Part shown: one piece after another, positions 1-8,695 of the stretch | How positions within the stretch are numbered: position 1 is the stretch's first letter | Layout of the letters: each line of letters starts with the position of its first letter | Virus record (IMG/VR): IMGVR_UViG_3300032074_000002 | Coordinates: 7,526 to 71,525 of that record | Origin: a virus | Lineage: Duplodnaviria > Caudoviricetes | Reading direction: 5' to 3' (one strand) | DNA length: 64,000 nt | Position numbers and translations under genes: made by a program | The notes under the pieces: model-generated | What the model saw: only the letters and a program-made list of their open reading frames with translations | What the model was told of the DNA's origin: nothing | Databases searched by the model: none

Positions 1-234
1 AGGACTGAGCAATAAACCCCGGGGGACTCGATTGGGTGGGACCAAGCTGACAGACCCCCGGCAGTCGGTTCCGACCTGATCTCGAAGCCGTGGAAAGCCT
101 AGAGGCCAGTTATCAGTTCCGGCGCCCCGCTCGCCCCCTGTGCCAGCAACTCTCAGTAGGGAAGCCTGAGATGGTGCAGGGGGCGACGGTTCTATGATAG
201 GTAGCGGTACATTCATCGCAGCATCGGAGACATC

Positions 235-552
235 ATGGCACTTGACCACAAACCTGACTGCGGCTGCGGGCATCCGTTCGCAGAACACGACGAGATCAGC
301 ACGCCGAGCCTCGCTAACCCCGACCTAGCACAGTACGTCTGTATGCACATGGATCGGTCACATTCAGCTGTCGGAGGTATTCTCGCCAGTATCTGCGGCT
401 GCAGCAACTACAAGCCCGCCATGACCGACGAGCAGCGTTTCAAGAACTGTGTCGTCGAGGCCATGGTCGGTCACCTGCCCAGCCGTATGCTCATGGACGG
501 ATCGACCCTCGATGCAATCGCTGACTATGCCTGGGAGAAGTACAACAAGTGA
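235..552 (+). CDS. Hypothetical protein, Cys/His-rich N-terminus
   Basis: ORF with GGAG upstream, TATGAT at 193-198; GTGA overlap with next ORF. Confidence 0.7.
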   Translation: MALDHKPDCGCGHPFAEHDEISTPSLANPDLAQYVCMHMDRSHSAVGGILASICGCSNYKPAMTDEQRFKNCVVEAMVGHLPSRMLMDGSTLDAIADYAWEKYNK

Positions 553-1256
553 CCATCATTGACCGCCAGCTCGTTGGCGAGCGTCCAGACAACGGCGCAG
601 GCTTCGTGTTCCCATACCGAGTGACCTGCGACTTCGAGAACGAGGGCTGGGGCTGTAGCTTCGACGAGGTGTTCTACACCCTCAGCTCCGCTACCTGGGC
701 GGAAGGGCACCACGAGCACTTCAAGACCTACCAGCAGCGGAGGTACAACTTCTTGAGCATCGCAGAGCAGTACTGGATCGAGCTGGATTCAGTTATCGAC
801 AAGCTCAAGGAGCCCATTCAGGGTGATCCGTCTGATGTCACCTGGGAGCAGCGAGAGGAGGCCCTTGTTCTCAAGGGTCGCGCCTCTGGCCTGGCGTTCG
901 CAATCATGCGAGCCTGTACACCGTACTACGACACCGAGAAAGATGTCAGCATCGAGGCTAACCGTCGCTGGAAGATGCGCAACGGCCAACTAGACTGGGC
1001 ACCGACGCTGGGCTTCAAGTACTCACCGCCTCCGGCTGGGCGACGCGAGCAGCCACTGGCTCTGCCTGACGAGCCGGTCAGGGTTCAGACCCGCAAGCGC
1101 ACACAGACTGCCGGTGAGGCCGCCGCCGCAAAGTTGTCTCCAGCCACCCGCGATGCAATCAAGAAGGGTATCGCGTCAGGAATGTTCCAGCCTGCCGACC
1201 TGGCAAAGGTCTACAACACGACGGTAGAGGTTGTGTCTGTTATTGCCCAGCAATGA
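549..1256 (+). CDS. Hypothetical protein, possible C-terminal HTH
   Basis: 235 aa, coupled to upstream ORF; C-terminal ...PADLAKVYNTTVEVVSVI resembles an HTH. Confidence 0.7.
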   Translation: MTIIDRQLVGERPDNGAGFVFPYRVTCDFENEGWGCSFDEVFYTLSSATWAEGHHEHFKTYQQRRYNFLSIAEQYWIELDSVIDKLKEPIQGDPSDVTWEQREEALVLKGRASGLAFAIMRACTPYYDTEKDVSIEANRRWKMRNGQLDWAPTLGFKYSPPPAGRREQPLALPDEPVRVQTRKRTQTAGEAAAAKLSPATRDAIKKGIASGMFQPADLAKVYNTTVEVVSVIAQQ

Positions 1257-1257
1257 T

Positions 1258-1286
1258 TTGACATGGGCTAGGGGTTACGTTATGGT
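1258..1286 (+). promoter_or_regulatory. SigA-type promoter TTGACA-N17-TATGGT
   Basis: TTGACA 1258-1263, TATGGT 1281-1286, intergenic, upstream of 1316. Confidence 0.7.
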
Positions 1287-1315
1287 ATCGGTACGCAACG
1301 GATTGGGGGACCGGC

Positions 1316-1729
1316 ATGGCGCATAAGGCGAGTGTAGACTCGTGTATGTTCTGTGGCGAAGAGCCCTGTGACATGCACAAGCCTACCGAAAAGCCTGCGC
1401 GCACCCCCCGGAAGCGCTCCACAAAGACGCCCCCCATGGCCGTGGTGGAAGCCCCTATCGTTGCCCCTGTACCGGATGACCCCCCAATGCCAGCCGCCCC
1501 GCCTAGAGCGGCGCTCCACGCGGCGATGCGGGCACGGGTGAAGGCCCCCACGGGCCAACCCACACCCGACCTTGCAGCCCCGGACCCCGTGACGGACGAT
1601 GCGATCAGAGCACTGGCGCCTATTCTTCATCCAGATGAGAAACGTAACCGGCGAGCGGTACTAGAGCAGCCGAGAACCGTACAGATCCGGGCTAAGGTCT
1701 GGAGAGAACGACACAGGGGGATAGCATGA
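1316..1729 (+). CDS. Hypothetical protein (N-terminal CxxC..C..H, Pro-rich)
   Basis: ORF after promoter; ATGA overlap with next gene. Confidence 0.7.
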   Translation: MAHKASVDSCMFCGEEPCDMHKPTEKPARTPRKRSTKTPPMAVVEAPIVAPVPDDPPMPAAPPRAALHAAMRARVKAPTGQPTPDLAAPDPVTDDAIRALAPILHPDEKRNRRAVLEQPRTVQIRAKVWRERHRGIA

Positions 1730-1992
1730 CAACTCGCGGCACACCGACACCGCCGAACGCTCACCATGCCAGCAACTCCCAGAGGCACCTGAGTCAGGAT
1801 GACGTCGAGGGCTGGCTGGATGCTGCCAGCAAGCGCAATCCGCCCCGTCCTCGTGATCGGAGATCTCTCCGCGAGTACTTGGAGGCGCGCAACCATAGAC
1901 GCTGGCGCATCTTGCAGCGACAACTGCGCTGGGCCGAGAAGGAGTTGCTCAAGCTCGGGATGAACCCCGAAGACACTCGTTGGATCATCTGA
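1726..1992 (+). CDS. Hypothetical basic protein
   Basis: Coupled to genes on both sides. Confidence 0.7.
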   Translation: MTTRGTPTPPNAHHASNSQRHLSQDDVEGWLDAASKRNPPRPRDRRSLREYLEARNHRRWRILQRQLRWAEKELLKLGMNPEDTRWII

Positions 1993-2717
1993 TGCCCTTC
2001 GTCTCGGCAGTTGTCACGCCGCCCAGCTACTCAGACTGGCAGTTATCAGCTGGTCCGTACTGTAACGACCATAGGTCAATGTACTGTGAGCACGCACTTG
2101 ACTACATCAGCCAGCGGACTGACGCATCGTTCGTGCGATGGGCTCTCACTGGCGAGGGCCCTTACGACGGGTGGAATCACATCTCGCCCGTCGATATGCA
2201 CATGGTCGTGCCAGTCTTTCCTGAGTACTGCGTGTGGGAGCAACTGTACTACGAAGTCAAAAACGTAGAGCCGCTGGGCCCGCTGGCCGAGTTGTCGCCT
2301 GACTACAAGAAGCGTGACGACCTGCAGGGCGTGCGCAGACTGCTTCCTGGTGAGTCGGCTGGCGATCTGGCGATGACGCTTCGTCAGCAGTTTGAAGATG
2401 ACTGTGAGTTCTATCGGGACCGGTACATCAACGGCTGGAAGACTCGCTGCACGTCGTCGTCTCATGGTGTCAAGTACAACAATGTTGCGATGAGTCTCCT
2501 GCAGCCCCACGTTATCCAGGGCGCAATCGACGACAACCGCGACCGAGTGCTGGTCTACAGTAATCTTTACTGTTACCTGCGACATCAGCGCTGCCTGTTC
2601 TGCTACGTCAACGAGAACTTCCGGGACGCCGTGCGGGTGAACCCGGAACTGGCCGGGTTTCTTCAGCCTGAAGGATCGGCCGAGAACACTGGCTCCTGGG
2701 AGGATCTGATTCCGTGA
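1992..2717 (+). CDS. Hypothetical protein
   Basis: TGATG overlap places the start at 1992; globular composition. Confidence 0.75.
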   Translation: MPFVSAVVTPPSYSDWQLSAGPYCNDHRSMYCEHALDYISQRTDASFVRWALTGEGPYDGWNHISPVDMHMVVPVFPEYCVWEQLYYEVKNVEPLGPLAELSPDYKKRDDLQGVRRLLPGESAGDLAMTLRQQFEDDCEFYRDRYINGWKTRCTSSSHGVKYNNVAMSLLQPHVIQGAIDDNRDRVLVYSNLYCYLRHQRCLFCYVNENFRDAVRVNPELAGFLQPEGSAENTGSWEDLIP

Positions 2718-2956
2718 CCGATACAAGATACACAAAGCAGTACGTCTGCACAAAGTGTAAAAGAGATGTTCTGGACCGTGATCGACTCACGGTCAAGAAA
2801 GCATCCTTTCACAACATGGGATCAAAGGCTCGGACGATCCGTAGCAGGGTCGTCCACTGGTTGTGTCCCGACTGCCTGAAGGCCGATCCCGACTGGAATC
2901 GTCAGGCGTACAGTGACCCGACCGAGACTGACACCGCTACAGTGGGCACGAGCTGA
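2714..2956 (+). CDS. Small Zn-ribbon protein (CTKC...CPDC)
   Basis: Two CxxC pairs; coupled at both ends. Confidence 0.75.
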   Translation: MTDTRYTKQYVCTKCKRDVLDRDRLTVKKASFHNMGSKARTIRSRVVHWLCPDCLKADPDWNRQAYSDPTETDTATVGTS

Positions 2957-3537
2957 TGCCGCGTCCTGGGCGTAACGGCGTGACCCCCAAGCGACTCGTC
3001 AGCACACGGTCGCCGCGAGGTCACATCGATCCGAACCTGGAAGCATTCGGCCAGATCGGGCCGAATCACTACCAGTTGTACCTGTACGACGAGTCCTTTA
3101 CAGAGGAGGGTATCGAGGGGCCACAGCCTATCTCGGAGGAGAGTGGTCCGAACATCCGGCTCGTAGTTGTTCGCAAGCTGCAACTCGAGCTTACCAACAT
3201 GACGCACGAGGAGCTGAAGGCTCTCAGAGCGTTCGTCAATCGGGCTATCGACATAGCCGAGCCCGTCGTCCTAGCAAGGGACAAGGAGGCACAAGATGCC
3301 TACGAATCAGGTCTTGACACTCTCGCAAGACTCCATCGAGCAGTACCGAACGTGGTTGTTCGACAGAGGGCGGAGCGCGCACACGGCGAAGTCCTACGCC
3401 TCGGACCTCAAGCAGTTGCTGATCTGGGCCTCGACGGACTCGATCGCCTTATCGGAGGCCGAGGACCTGGGAGCAAAGTGGCTGACCGCGAACAACAAGA
3501 CCCTCGGAGCGAAGACGACGGGTCGCAGACTGACTAG
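2956..3537 (+). CDS. Hypothetical protein overlapping the recombinase 5' end
   Basis: TGATG coupling at the start; overlaps 3296 ORF by 242 nt. Confidence 0.6.
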   Translation: MPRPGRNGVTPKRLVSTRSPRGHIDPNLEAFGQIGPNHYQLYLYDESFTEEGIEGPQPISEESGPNIRLVVVRKLQLELTNMTHEELKALRAFVNRAIDIAEPVVLARDKEAQDAYESGLDTLARLHRAVPNVVVRQRAERAHGEVLRLGPQAVADLGLDGLDRLIGGRGPGSKVADREQQDPRSEDDGSQTD

Positions 3538-4129
3538 CCTGCGAGGTTTCGTTCGGTGGGCGGGCGGCGGTGCGATTCTGCTCGACTACACGCCCCCAAC
3601 GCCTCTCAAGCCCCTGCCACACCCTCTGGCCGAGGGCATGGCTGGCGTTCACAGGATGATTGATCACGCCGACTCCGAGCAGATGAAGGTCTGCGTGGCG
3701 TTGTGCGGCCTGGCTGGACTCCGCATCAGTGAAGCACTGGAACTGCCTCCCGGTGACATTGACTTCGCTGGCAAACAGATCAAGGTCAACGGCAAGGGCA
3801 ACAAGTGGCGCATGGTGCCCATGAACTCGAAGCTCGCTGACATCCTCATCGGCCCGACTATCAAGGCCCTAATGGAGGGGCGTCCGACCCTCCTTGACAT
3901 GGCCGACCGTCTCGCCAGGCGTTCGATCACCCGCCTGGGCAAGCGATGTGGAATCAAGCAGCCGGTGGCCTCTCATCAGTTGCGCGCGACGTTCGCAACG
4001 CACCTCCATGCGAATGGCACTCCCCTGCGAGTGGTTCAGGAGATCCTCGGTCACAGCAACAGCAAGACGACCGAGGTCTACACGGGGGTCAACCAGAAGC
4101 AGATGTACGACGCAGTGGAGAAGATCTAA
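3296..4129 (+). CDS. Tyrosine recombinase, XerC/D-like (277 aa)
   Basis: GLRISE (R), KGNK (K), HQLRATFATH (HxxR), ILGHS (H), TTEVY (Y); N-terminal core-binding domain; AAGGAGG at 3283-3289. Confidence 0.92.
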   Translation: MPTNQVLTLSQDSIEQYRTWLFDRGRSAHTAKSYASDLKQLLIWASTDSIALSEAEDLGAKWLTANNKTLGAKTTGRRLTSLRGFVRWAGGGAILLDYTPPTPLKPLPHPLAEGMAGVHRMIDHADSEQMKVCVALCGLAGLRISEALELPPGDIDFAGKQIKVNGKGNKWRMVPMNSKLADILIGPTIKALMEGRPTLLDMADRLARRSITRLGKRCGIKQPVASHQLRATFATHLHANGTPLRVVQEILGHSNSKTTEVYTGVNQKQMYDAVEKI

Positions 4130-4133
4130 GAAC

Positions 4134-4373
4134 ATGTCCGACTCTTCCCGCCCGAGTTCAAGCACCGCTCCACAGATCCACTACATTGCCACAGTCAAGA
4201 TCGAGAAGGTCGTCAACCTGCCCCGTATCCCCGGGCGGTATCCTGACAACCCTCCCGTGCAAGAGGCGTCCCGAGTAGTAGTCGAACTCGGGAACACGAC
4301 CGTCAGGGCGAGTGACATAGACTCGCTTCGTGCGAAGGTGAACGGCCTCGCCGCCCTGATCGACGACGACTGA
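4134..4373 (+). CDS. Hypothetical protein
   Basis: ATG 4 nt after recombinase stop, in frame with track ORF 3894..4373. Confidence 0.65.
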   Translation: MSDSSRPSSSTAPQIHYIATVKIEKVVNLPRIPGRYPDNPPVQEASRVVVELGNTTVRASDIDSLRAKVNGLAALIDDD

Positions 4374-4534
4374 TGGATCAGGCAGCTTTGCGTCGAGAGT
4401 TCGACGCTGACCGAGGCTGGTGTCTGTACTGCCAAAAGCAGTACGTCCTAGTCCGTGCCTGGATGACGCATATTCTCGAGGAACACGCCGGTACCCATCG
4501 GGCAGTCGGCCTCGAGAAGGCTATTGGCAAGTAG
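4373..4534 (+). CDS. 53-aa C2H2 zinc-finger protein (not in ORF track)
   Basis: MDQAALRREFDADRGWCLYCQKQYVLVRAWMTHILEEHAGTHRAVGLEKAIGK; TGATG coupling. Confidence 0.65.
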   Translation: MDQAALRREFDADRGWCLYCQKQYVLVRAWMTHILEEHAGTHRAVGLEKAIGK

Positions 4535-4642
4535 CCCAGCACACCTTATCGCAGGGACCTGCCAGGACCCCTCTGTCTCAATAACGGCGAGGGTCTTGAC
4601 ACTGTGTTGTAGCATACAGACTTGATTGGGGGTAAGTACATC

Positions 4643-5281
4643 ATGGCAGCTACCACGAAGTACCTGACCGGCTTCTGCTCGATCGGTCAGCACGAGGGTA
4701 CTAGACCTCGCGGCTACAATGACAAGCCACTGAAGACCTGCTATTTCTGGCAGGAATGCAGTTGCGACTGTCACATCCAGATCACCAAGATGTTCGAGAT
4801 GACTGGCCAGGAGCGCATTCCGGTCGATAACCCCGAGTACATCGTGCCGAAGCGTACGTTCTGGATACCCTCAGATGACCCTGACTATGGCATCAGTGCG
4901 CTGGCCGCACCCGAGATCACGCCGGAAGGCGTTAGTGCTACGGTCATCGCCAAGGAGGTTTCGGTCACGCCCACGGGTCGGACTTCTCGTGGCGGCCTGG
5001 AGTCCTGGGTCCAGCGCGAGTGCCTCGCGTGGTTGGTGGACCGTGATCCTGAGTACGGTTTGCCTGTGCGGATCATCAGTGAGGAGATCGGCCGCGTCGA
5101 AGCGATCAACCCTCCCAGCCAGGGTGCGATCGCAGCCGTCTTCGACAGGTGGGTCAAGTACGGTTATGCCCTGTTTGCTGACAAGCCGCGCAGGTTTACG
5201 GGCTTGACTTCGCAAGGGCAAGAGAAGGGCCTTGACTGGTGTCGAGCCAACTTCAAGGCCAAGCAGAAGAAGAATGCCTGA
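4643..5281 (+). CDS. Hypothetical protein: N-terminal Cys/His cluster, C-terminal winged-HTH-like domain
   Basis: CSIGQH..C...CSCDCH; C-terminal PSQGAIAAVFDRW motif. Confidence 0.75.
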   Translation: MAATTKYLTGFCSIGQHEGTRPRGYNDKPLKTCYFWQECSCDCHIQITKMFEMTGQERIPVDNPEYIVPKRTFWIPSDDPDYGISALAAPEITPEGVSATVIAKEVSVTPTGRTSRGGLESWVQRECLAWLVDRDPEYGLPVRIISEEIGRVEAINPPSQGAIAAVFDRWVKYGYALFADKPRRFTGLTSQGQEKGLDWCRANFKAKQKKNA

Positions 5282-5546
5282 CGACCGGACAAGGTTGGGC
5301 TTGCCAGCGAGGCCCTTCCTGTACACTCTCGACCAGATCGCTACGATCCTCAACATCACCGAGGCGAGCCTCAAGAGTATGGGTTACCTCTACTTCGAGG
5401 GTCGCACCCCAGGCAGCTGTCATCCAGACGAGGTGCGGGCAGTGAACGTCTCCCGGGGGATCACCGACAAGCCTGAGTGGCGAGTCGAGGAGCGAGAGCT
5501 GATTCGCTGGATGAAGCGAAGGGGGTTTCGGTATGTTGACCGATGA
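5274..5546 (+). CDS. Excisionase/MerR-like HTH DNA-binding protein
   Basis: LYTLDQIATILNITEASL...WRVEERELIRWM pattern. Confidence 0.7.
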   Translation: MPDDRTRLGLPARPFLYTLDQIATILNITEASLKSMGYLYFEGRTPGSCHPDEVRAVNVSRGITDKPEWRVEERELIRWMKRRGFRYVDR

Positions 5547-5715
5547 GGAGAAGGCGCAGTGCGCCTGTCACGGGATGCGACACTATCACACTCGGCGTGG
5601 CGAGCCTGCCTGCGAGCTGGTGAAACTACACGAGCGACGGCGCGAACGGACCCGCGGAAGGTGCTGGACGACGGGCAGTCCGATTCAGATTCCTGACACG
5701 GACTACATTCTTTAG
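5533..5715 (+). CDS. Small hypothetical protein
   Basis: 60-aa ORF overlapping the end of the previous gene; Cys/His cluster. Confidence 0.4.
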   Translation: MLTDEEKAQCACHGMRHYHTRRGEPACELVKLHERRRERTRGRCWTTGSPIQIPDTDYIL

Positions 5716-5761
5716 AGGCAAGATGTTGGATAGTCAACTTCGTGTCGGTGGTGCTACCTAT

Positions 5762-5791
5762 TTGCATTATCTACGCGGGATCGGATATGGT
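5762..5791 (+). promoter_or_regulatory. Promoter TTGCAT-N18-TATGGT, probably leaderless
   Basis: -10 ends 6 nt before GTG 5798, which has no SD. Confidence 0.55.
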
Positions 5792-5797
5792 GGGTAG

Positions 5798-6271
5798 GTG
5801 CCAGGGGGACGCGGACTCAAGTACGCGGAGGAGACTCTCCGAGTACACGCCGTTTACCACGAAGCGCAGCAGTTGGCTAACGAGATCACACTGGAGCGCG
5901 GCAAGCTCACGAAGGTTCGTCACCAGAAGGTGATTGCCGAGGAGGCGTACACCGACGCTGAGCTGGTGTTCGTCGCGGACATGCGGGCCGACAACCCAGA
6001 CCTGTCTCAGACCGCCTTCGACAAGTTCATCAGGGGTAAGATCCACCAGAACCCAAACCTCAGGAAGCTGCGGGGTGAACTGGCGAACCTGGCTCACCGG
6101 ATGGACGAGATCGAGGTTGACATCCGACACCTCCAGAACAAACTGGAGATAGCAACAGCCCGCATGGGAGAGCTCGGGGGGTATCTTCACTACCTAGCTG
6201 AACTGAAGCGAGCCGAGACGGCAGTAGTGGGTCAGCGTATCGACGACTGGCCGCCCGACTCGGCTGTATGA
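5798..6271 (+). CDS. Helical coiled-coil protein (possibly a UvsY-like recombination mediator)
   Basis: 157 aa with heptad pattern, directly upstream of SSB-like gene; function weakly supported. Confidence 0.7.
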   Translation: MPGGRGLKYAEETLRVHAVYHEAQQLANEITLERGKLTKVRHQKVIAEEAYTDAELVFVADMRADNPDLSQTAFDKFIRGKIHQNPNLRKLRGELANLAHRMDEIEVDIRHLQNKLEIATARMGELGGYLHYLAELKRAETAVVGQRIDDWPPDSAV

Positions 6272-6318
6272 TCGCAACACAAACATCTGCCAAACATCTG
6301 CACTAGGAGACAGCGCAC

Positions 6319-7350
6319 ATGACTCTTGCAACCACAGGCGGCGGCGCGCTCGCCGGATACGTCGATCCCGACCTCGAGGACTCGGGACTGGAAGACCTCG
6401 ACTCTGAGGACATCAGGGTTCCTCGACTCAAGATCGTCGGCAAGCGTGCCACGTTTCAGGACACCCTGACCAAGCAGGAGTTCGAGGCGATCAACGCGAT
6501 CATTCTCGGCATGACCAAGCAGCGCATCATGTGGCGCAAGGAGGTCGACGAGAACGAGCAGCCGCTGTGCAAGTCCCCTGACTTCGCCACCGGCTTCCCG
6601 AACGTCCAGGCTCGCGAGCCCGAGAAGCTCTTTCCGTGGGTCGGATCTGGCTTCGACTCGACCACGTACAACCATTACTCGGACGACCCAGCGCACAACG
6701 GTCACGTCGCTCTTCCGTGTGCGAACTGCAAGTTCAAGGACTGGCAGGGTAAGAACCCGCCGCCGTGTGCCGAGTCGTTCTCCTACGCGATCCTCTACGG
6801 GGCGCTCGGCGAGGAGCCGACGATGCCTGCGATCCTGACTCTGCAGCGATCGGCGATCAGTGCGGCGAAGACGTACAACGCCTTCTTTGCCGCACAGAAG
6901 GTGCCTTTCTTCACGGTCTACACCGAGATGAGCCTCGTTGCCAAGTCGCGGGGTTCGGTGGACTACGCGACTCCGGTCCTCAAGCGCGGTGGCGGCACCA
7001 ATCAGAACGAGTGGGGCTTCTATGCCCAGCAGGCTCGTGCGATCCGCGAGCTGCTGCGCCAGCCTCCCCGCCCGATGGAGGGGTGGACCCCTCTCGAGTC
7101 GTCCGCGAACGTGAACGCGGCCCCTGCTGCACCGGCTCCGGCACCGGCACCCGCCGCGCCTGCAGCACCCGCTCCTGCGCCCGCACCGGCCCCGGCTCCC
7201 GCGCCGACCCCGACGCCTCCTGCGCCACCCGTCGCACCCCCGGCACCGCCTGCACCGGCAGCCGCTCCTCCCGCCCCGCCTGCACCGGCACCGCAGGCTG
7301 CACCCGCTGCGCCCGCCGCTGCGGCCGACGACGACGACCTGCCGTTCTGA
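6319..7350 (+). CDS. Phage single-stranded DNA-binding protein-like
   Basis: DIRVPRLKIV N-terminal motif, long Pro/Ala linker, acidic DDDDLPF C-terminus; high GC3; AGGAG RBS. Confidence 0.75.
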   Translation: MTLATTGGGALAGYVDPDLEDSGLEDLDSEDIRVPRLKIVGKRATFQDTLTKQEFEAINAIILGMTKQRIMWRKEVDENEQPLCKSPDFATGFPNVQAREPEKLFPWVGSGFDSTTYNHYSDDPAHNGHVALPCANCKFKDWQGKNPPPCAESFSYAILYGALGEEPTMPAILTLQRSAISAAKTYNAFFAAQKVPFFTVYTEMSLVAKSRGSVDYATPVLKRGGGTNQNEWGFYAQQARAIRELLRQPPRPMEGWTPLESSANVNAAPAAPAPAPAPAAPAAPAPAPAPAPAPAPTPTPPAPPVAPPAPPAPAAAPPAPPAPAPQAAPAAPAAAADDDDLPF

Positions 7351-7371
7351 CACAGTAGTCGTCAACTAGCG

Positions 7372-7417
7372 GGGGCGGGCAGCCCCTGGCGAACACAGTC
7401 GGGCTGCCCGCCCCTTT
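7372..7417 (+). terminator. 14-bp stem-loop after the SSB-like gene
   Basis: GGGGCGGGCAGCCC / GGGCTGCCCGCCCC followed by TTT. Confidence 0.6.
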
Positions 7418-7439
7418 GCCATGAGAGGAGAAAGTCGCC

Positions 7440-7808
7440 ATGGAAAACCCCGACCCCTTCATCTTCGGTAGTCCCGAAGAGGTGAAGGAGGCTCTCGTGC
7501 GACGTGTCGAGGAGCAGCGTCTGATCGCCGAAGAACATACCCGCAGCATGGATGAGTTCGTCGAGGGCCTGCCCGAAGAGCACCTGAAGCTCTTGCAGGT
7601 CATCATCCGGCAATGCGCACAGAACCCGGACTTTGGCCAGTACCTCAACGGCTGGGTCAGCCACATGCTCAAGGCGAAGTTCAGCATCTGCCAGTTCTGC
7701 GGCGGCAAGCACGAGACGCCTGAGGACTGGATCAAGGCGCACGCCGACAACCTCCCCGGGGTTTCTGGCCCCGCTCCTTGGATGAAGGGTCACCCCGATG
7801 AGTACTGA
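7440..7808 (+). CDS. Hypothetical protein (CQFC..H)
   Basis: GAGGAG RBS; coupled to next gene. Confidence 0.75.
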   Translation: MENPDPFIFGSPEEVKEALVRRVEEQRLIAEEHTRSMDEFVEGLPEEHLKLLQVIIRQCAQNPDFGQYLNGWVSHMLKAKFSICQFCGGKHETPEDWIKAHADNLPGVSGPAPWMKGHPDEY

Positions 7809-8175
7809 GTACCTGAGCCCTGTGATCAGCCTTCCGATGGATGACGAGGACAAGGCCAACTGCAAGAAGCGCGTCGAGCGTCTGCGGCACACCAACAGTG
7901 TGCTGCTCAACGAGTTGGCCAACCGTGGCGGAGCAGTCGACTTCCAGGTCGGCATGATCCACACCATGTTCGAGGGACTGGTCGAGATCGGTGCGCTCCG
8001 CGAAGACCAGTGGCTGGCGATCCAGCTGATCTGGGAGGAGCGCTTCAACGGCCAGCTCACCCACATGAAGGGTCAGTTAGAGGAGGCGATCCGCACGGCT
8101 CGCAACCAGGCACGGCTCATTACTCCGCCGGGCAGCAAGAACGGTCACCAGCAACTCATCATCCCGGGAAGCTGA
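7798..8175 (+). CDS. Hypothetical helical protein
   Basis: Overlap coupling; good codon bias. Confidence 0.75.
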   Translation: MSTEYLSPVISLPMDDEDKANCKKRVERLRHTNSVLLNELANRGGAVDFQVGMIHTMFEGLVEIGALREDQWLAIQLIWEERFNGQLTHMKGQLEEAIRTARNQARLITPPGSKNGHQQLIIPGS

Positions 8176-8200
8176 GATCGGGTAGCGGTATCATCATGCA

Positions 8201-8211
8201 TGTGGTATGAT
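8201..8211 (+). promoter_or_regulatory. Extended -10 promoter TGTG-G-TATGAT
   Basis: Intergenic, upstream of ATG 8240. Confidence 0.55.
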
Positions 8212-8239
8212 GGTGGTACCAACACAAGGGGGATCGACA

Positions 8240-8695
8240 ATGGCACGTAAGGCGCAACATGACCAGCGAGAGTTCGGGTTGATCTATCGCTGTGAGATGT
8301 GCCAGATCGGCGTGTGCAGCAGGTGCCTCGACGCCATGCGTCGGAGCATCGGCAAGGCTGATTCCCTGTGCAACTGTCGGCGAGACGAGCACGACCAGGA
8401 GGTCGAAATGGGAGCAGTCGTTATGATCGAGGAGCGCACCAGTTCAGAAGATGTCCTGCCGACTTATCGGTACCGGGCGGCCGACTTCACCGTCGTCTGG
8501 CAGACCTCGGTTCCAAAGGACGACGAGGCAGCGATCGCGTACTTCCATGCAGTTGTTCGGTTTGGGCCGGACTACAAGCCGGTCTACTGCGAGCGCATCG
8601 ACCGCCCCGAGGGCGAGGGCGAGAAGTACACCATGCTCAAGGAGGTCTTTGACCCCTTGAGCATGGAGACAAAGCCCTTCAAGGTGGAGTTCTGA
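8240..8695 (+). CDS. Hypothetical protein with Cys-rich N-terminus
   Basis: CEMC..VCSRC...CNC; AAGGGGG RBS. Confidence 0.7.
   Translation: MARKAQHDQREFGLIYRCEMCQIGVCSRCLDAMRRSIGKADSLCNCRRDEHDQEVEMGAVVMIEERTSSEDVLPTYRYRAADFTVVWQTSVPKDDEAAIAYFHAVVRFGPDYKPVYCERIDRPEGEGEKYTMLKEVFDPLSMETKPFKVEF

Noticed and set aside
4596-4622. Promoter at TTGACA 4596
   Set aside because: No TANNNT at 16-18 bp spacing
6232-7365. 377-aa - strand Arg/Gly/Cys-rich ORF
   Set aside because: Antisense to the Pro/Ala linker of the SSB-like gene
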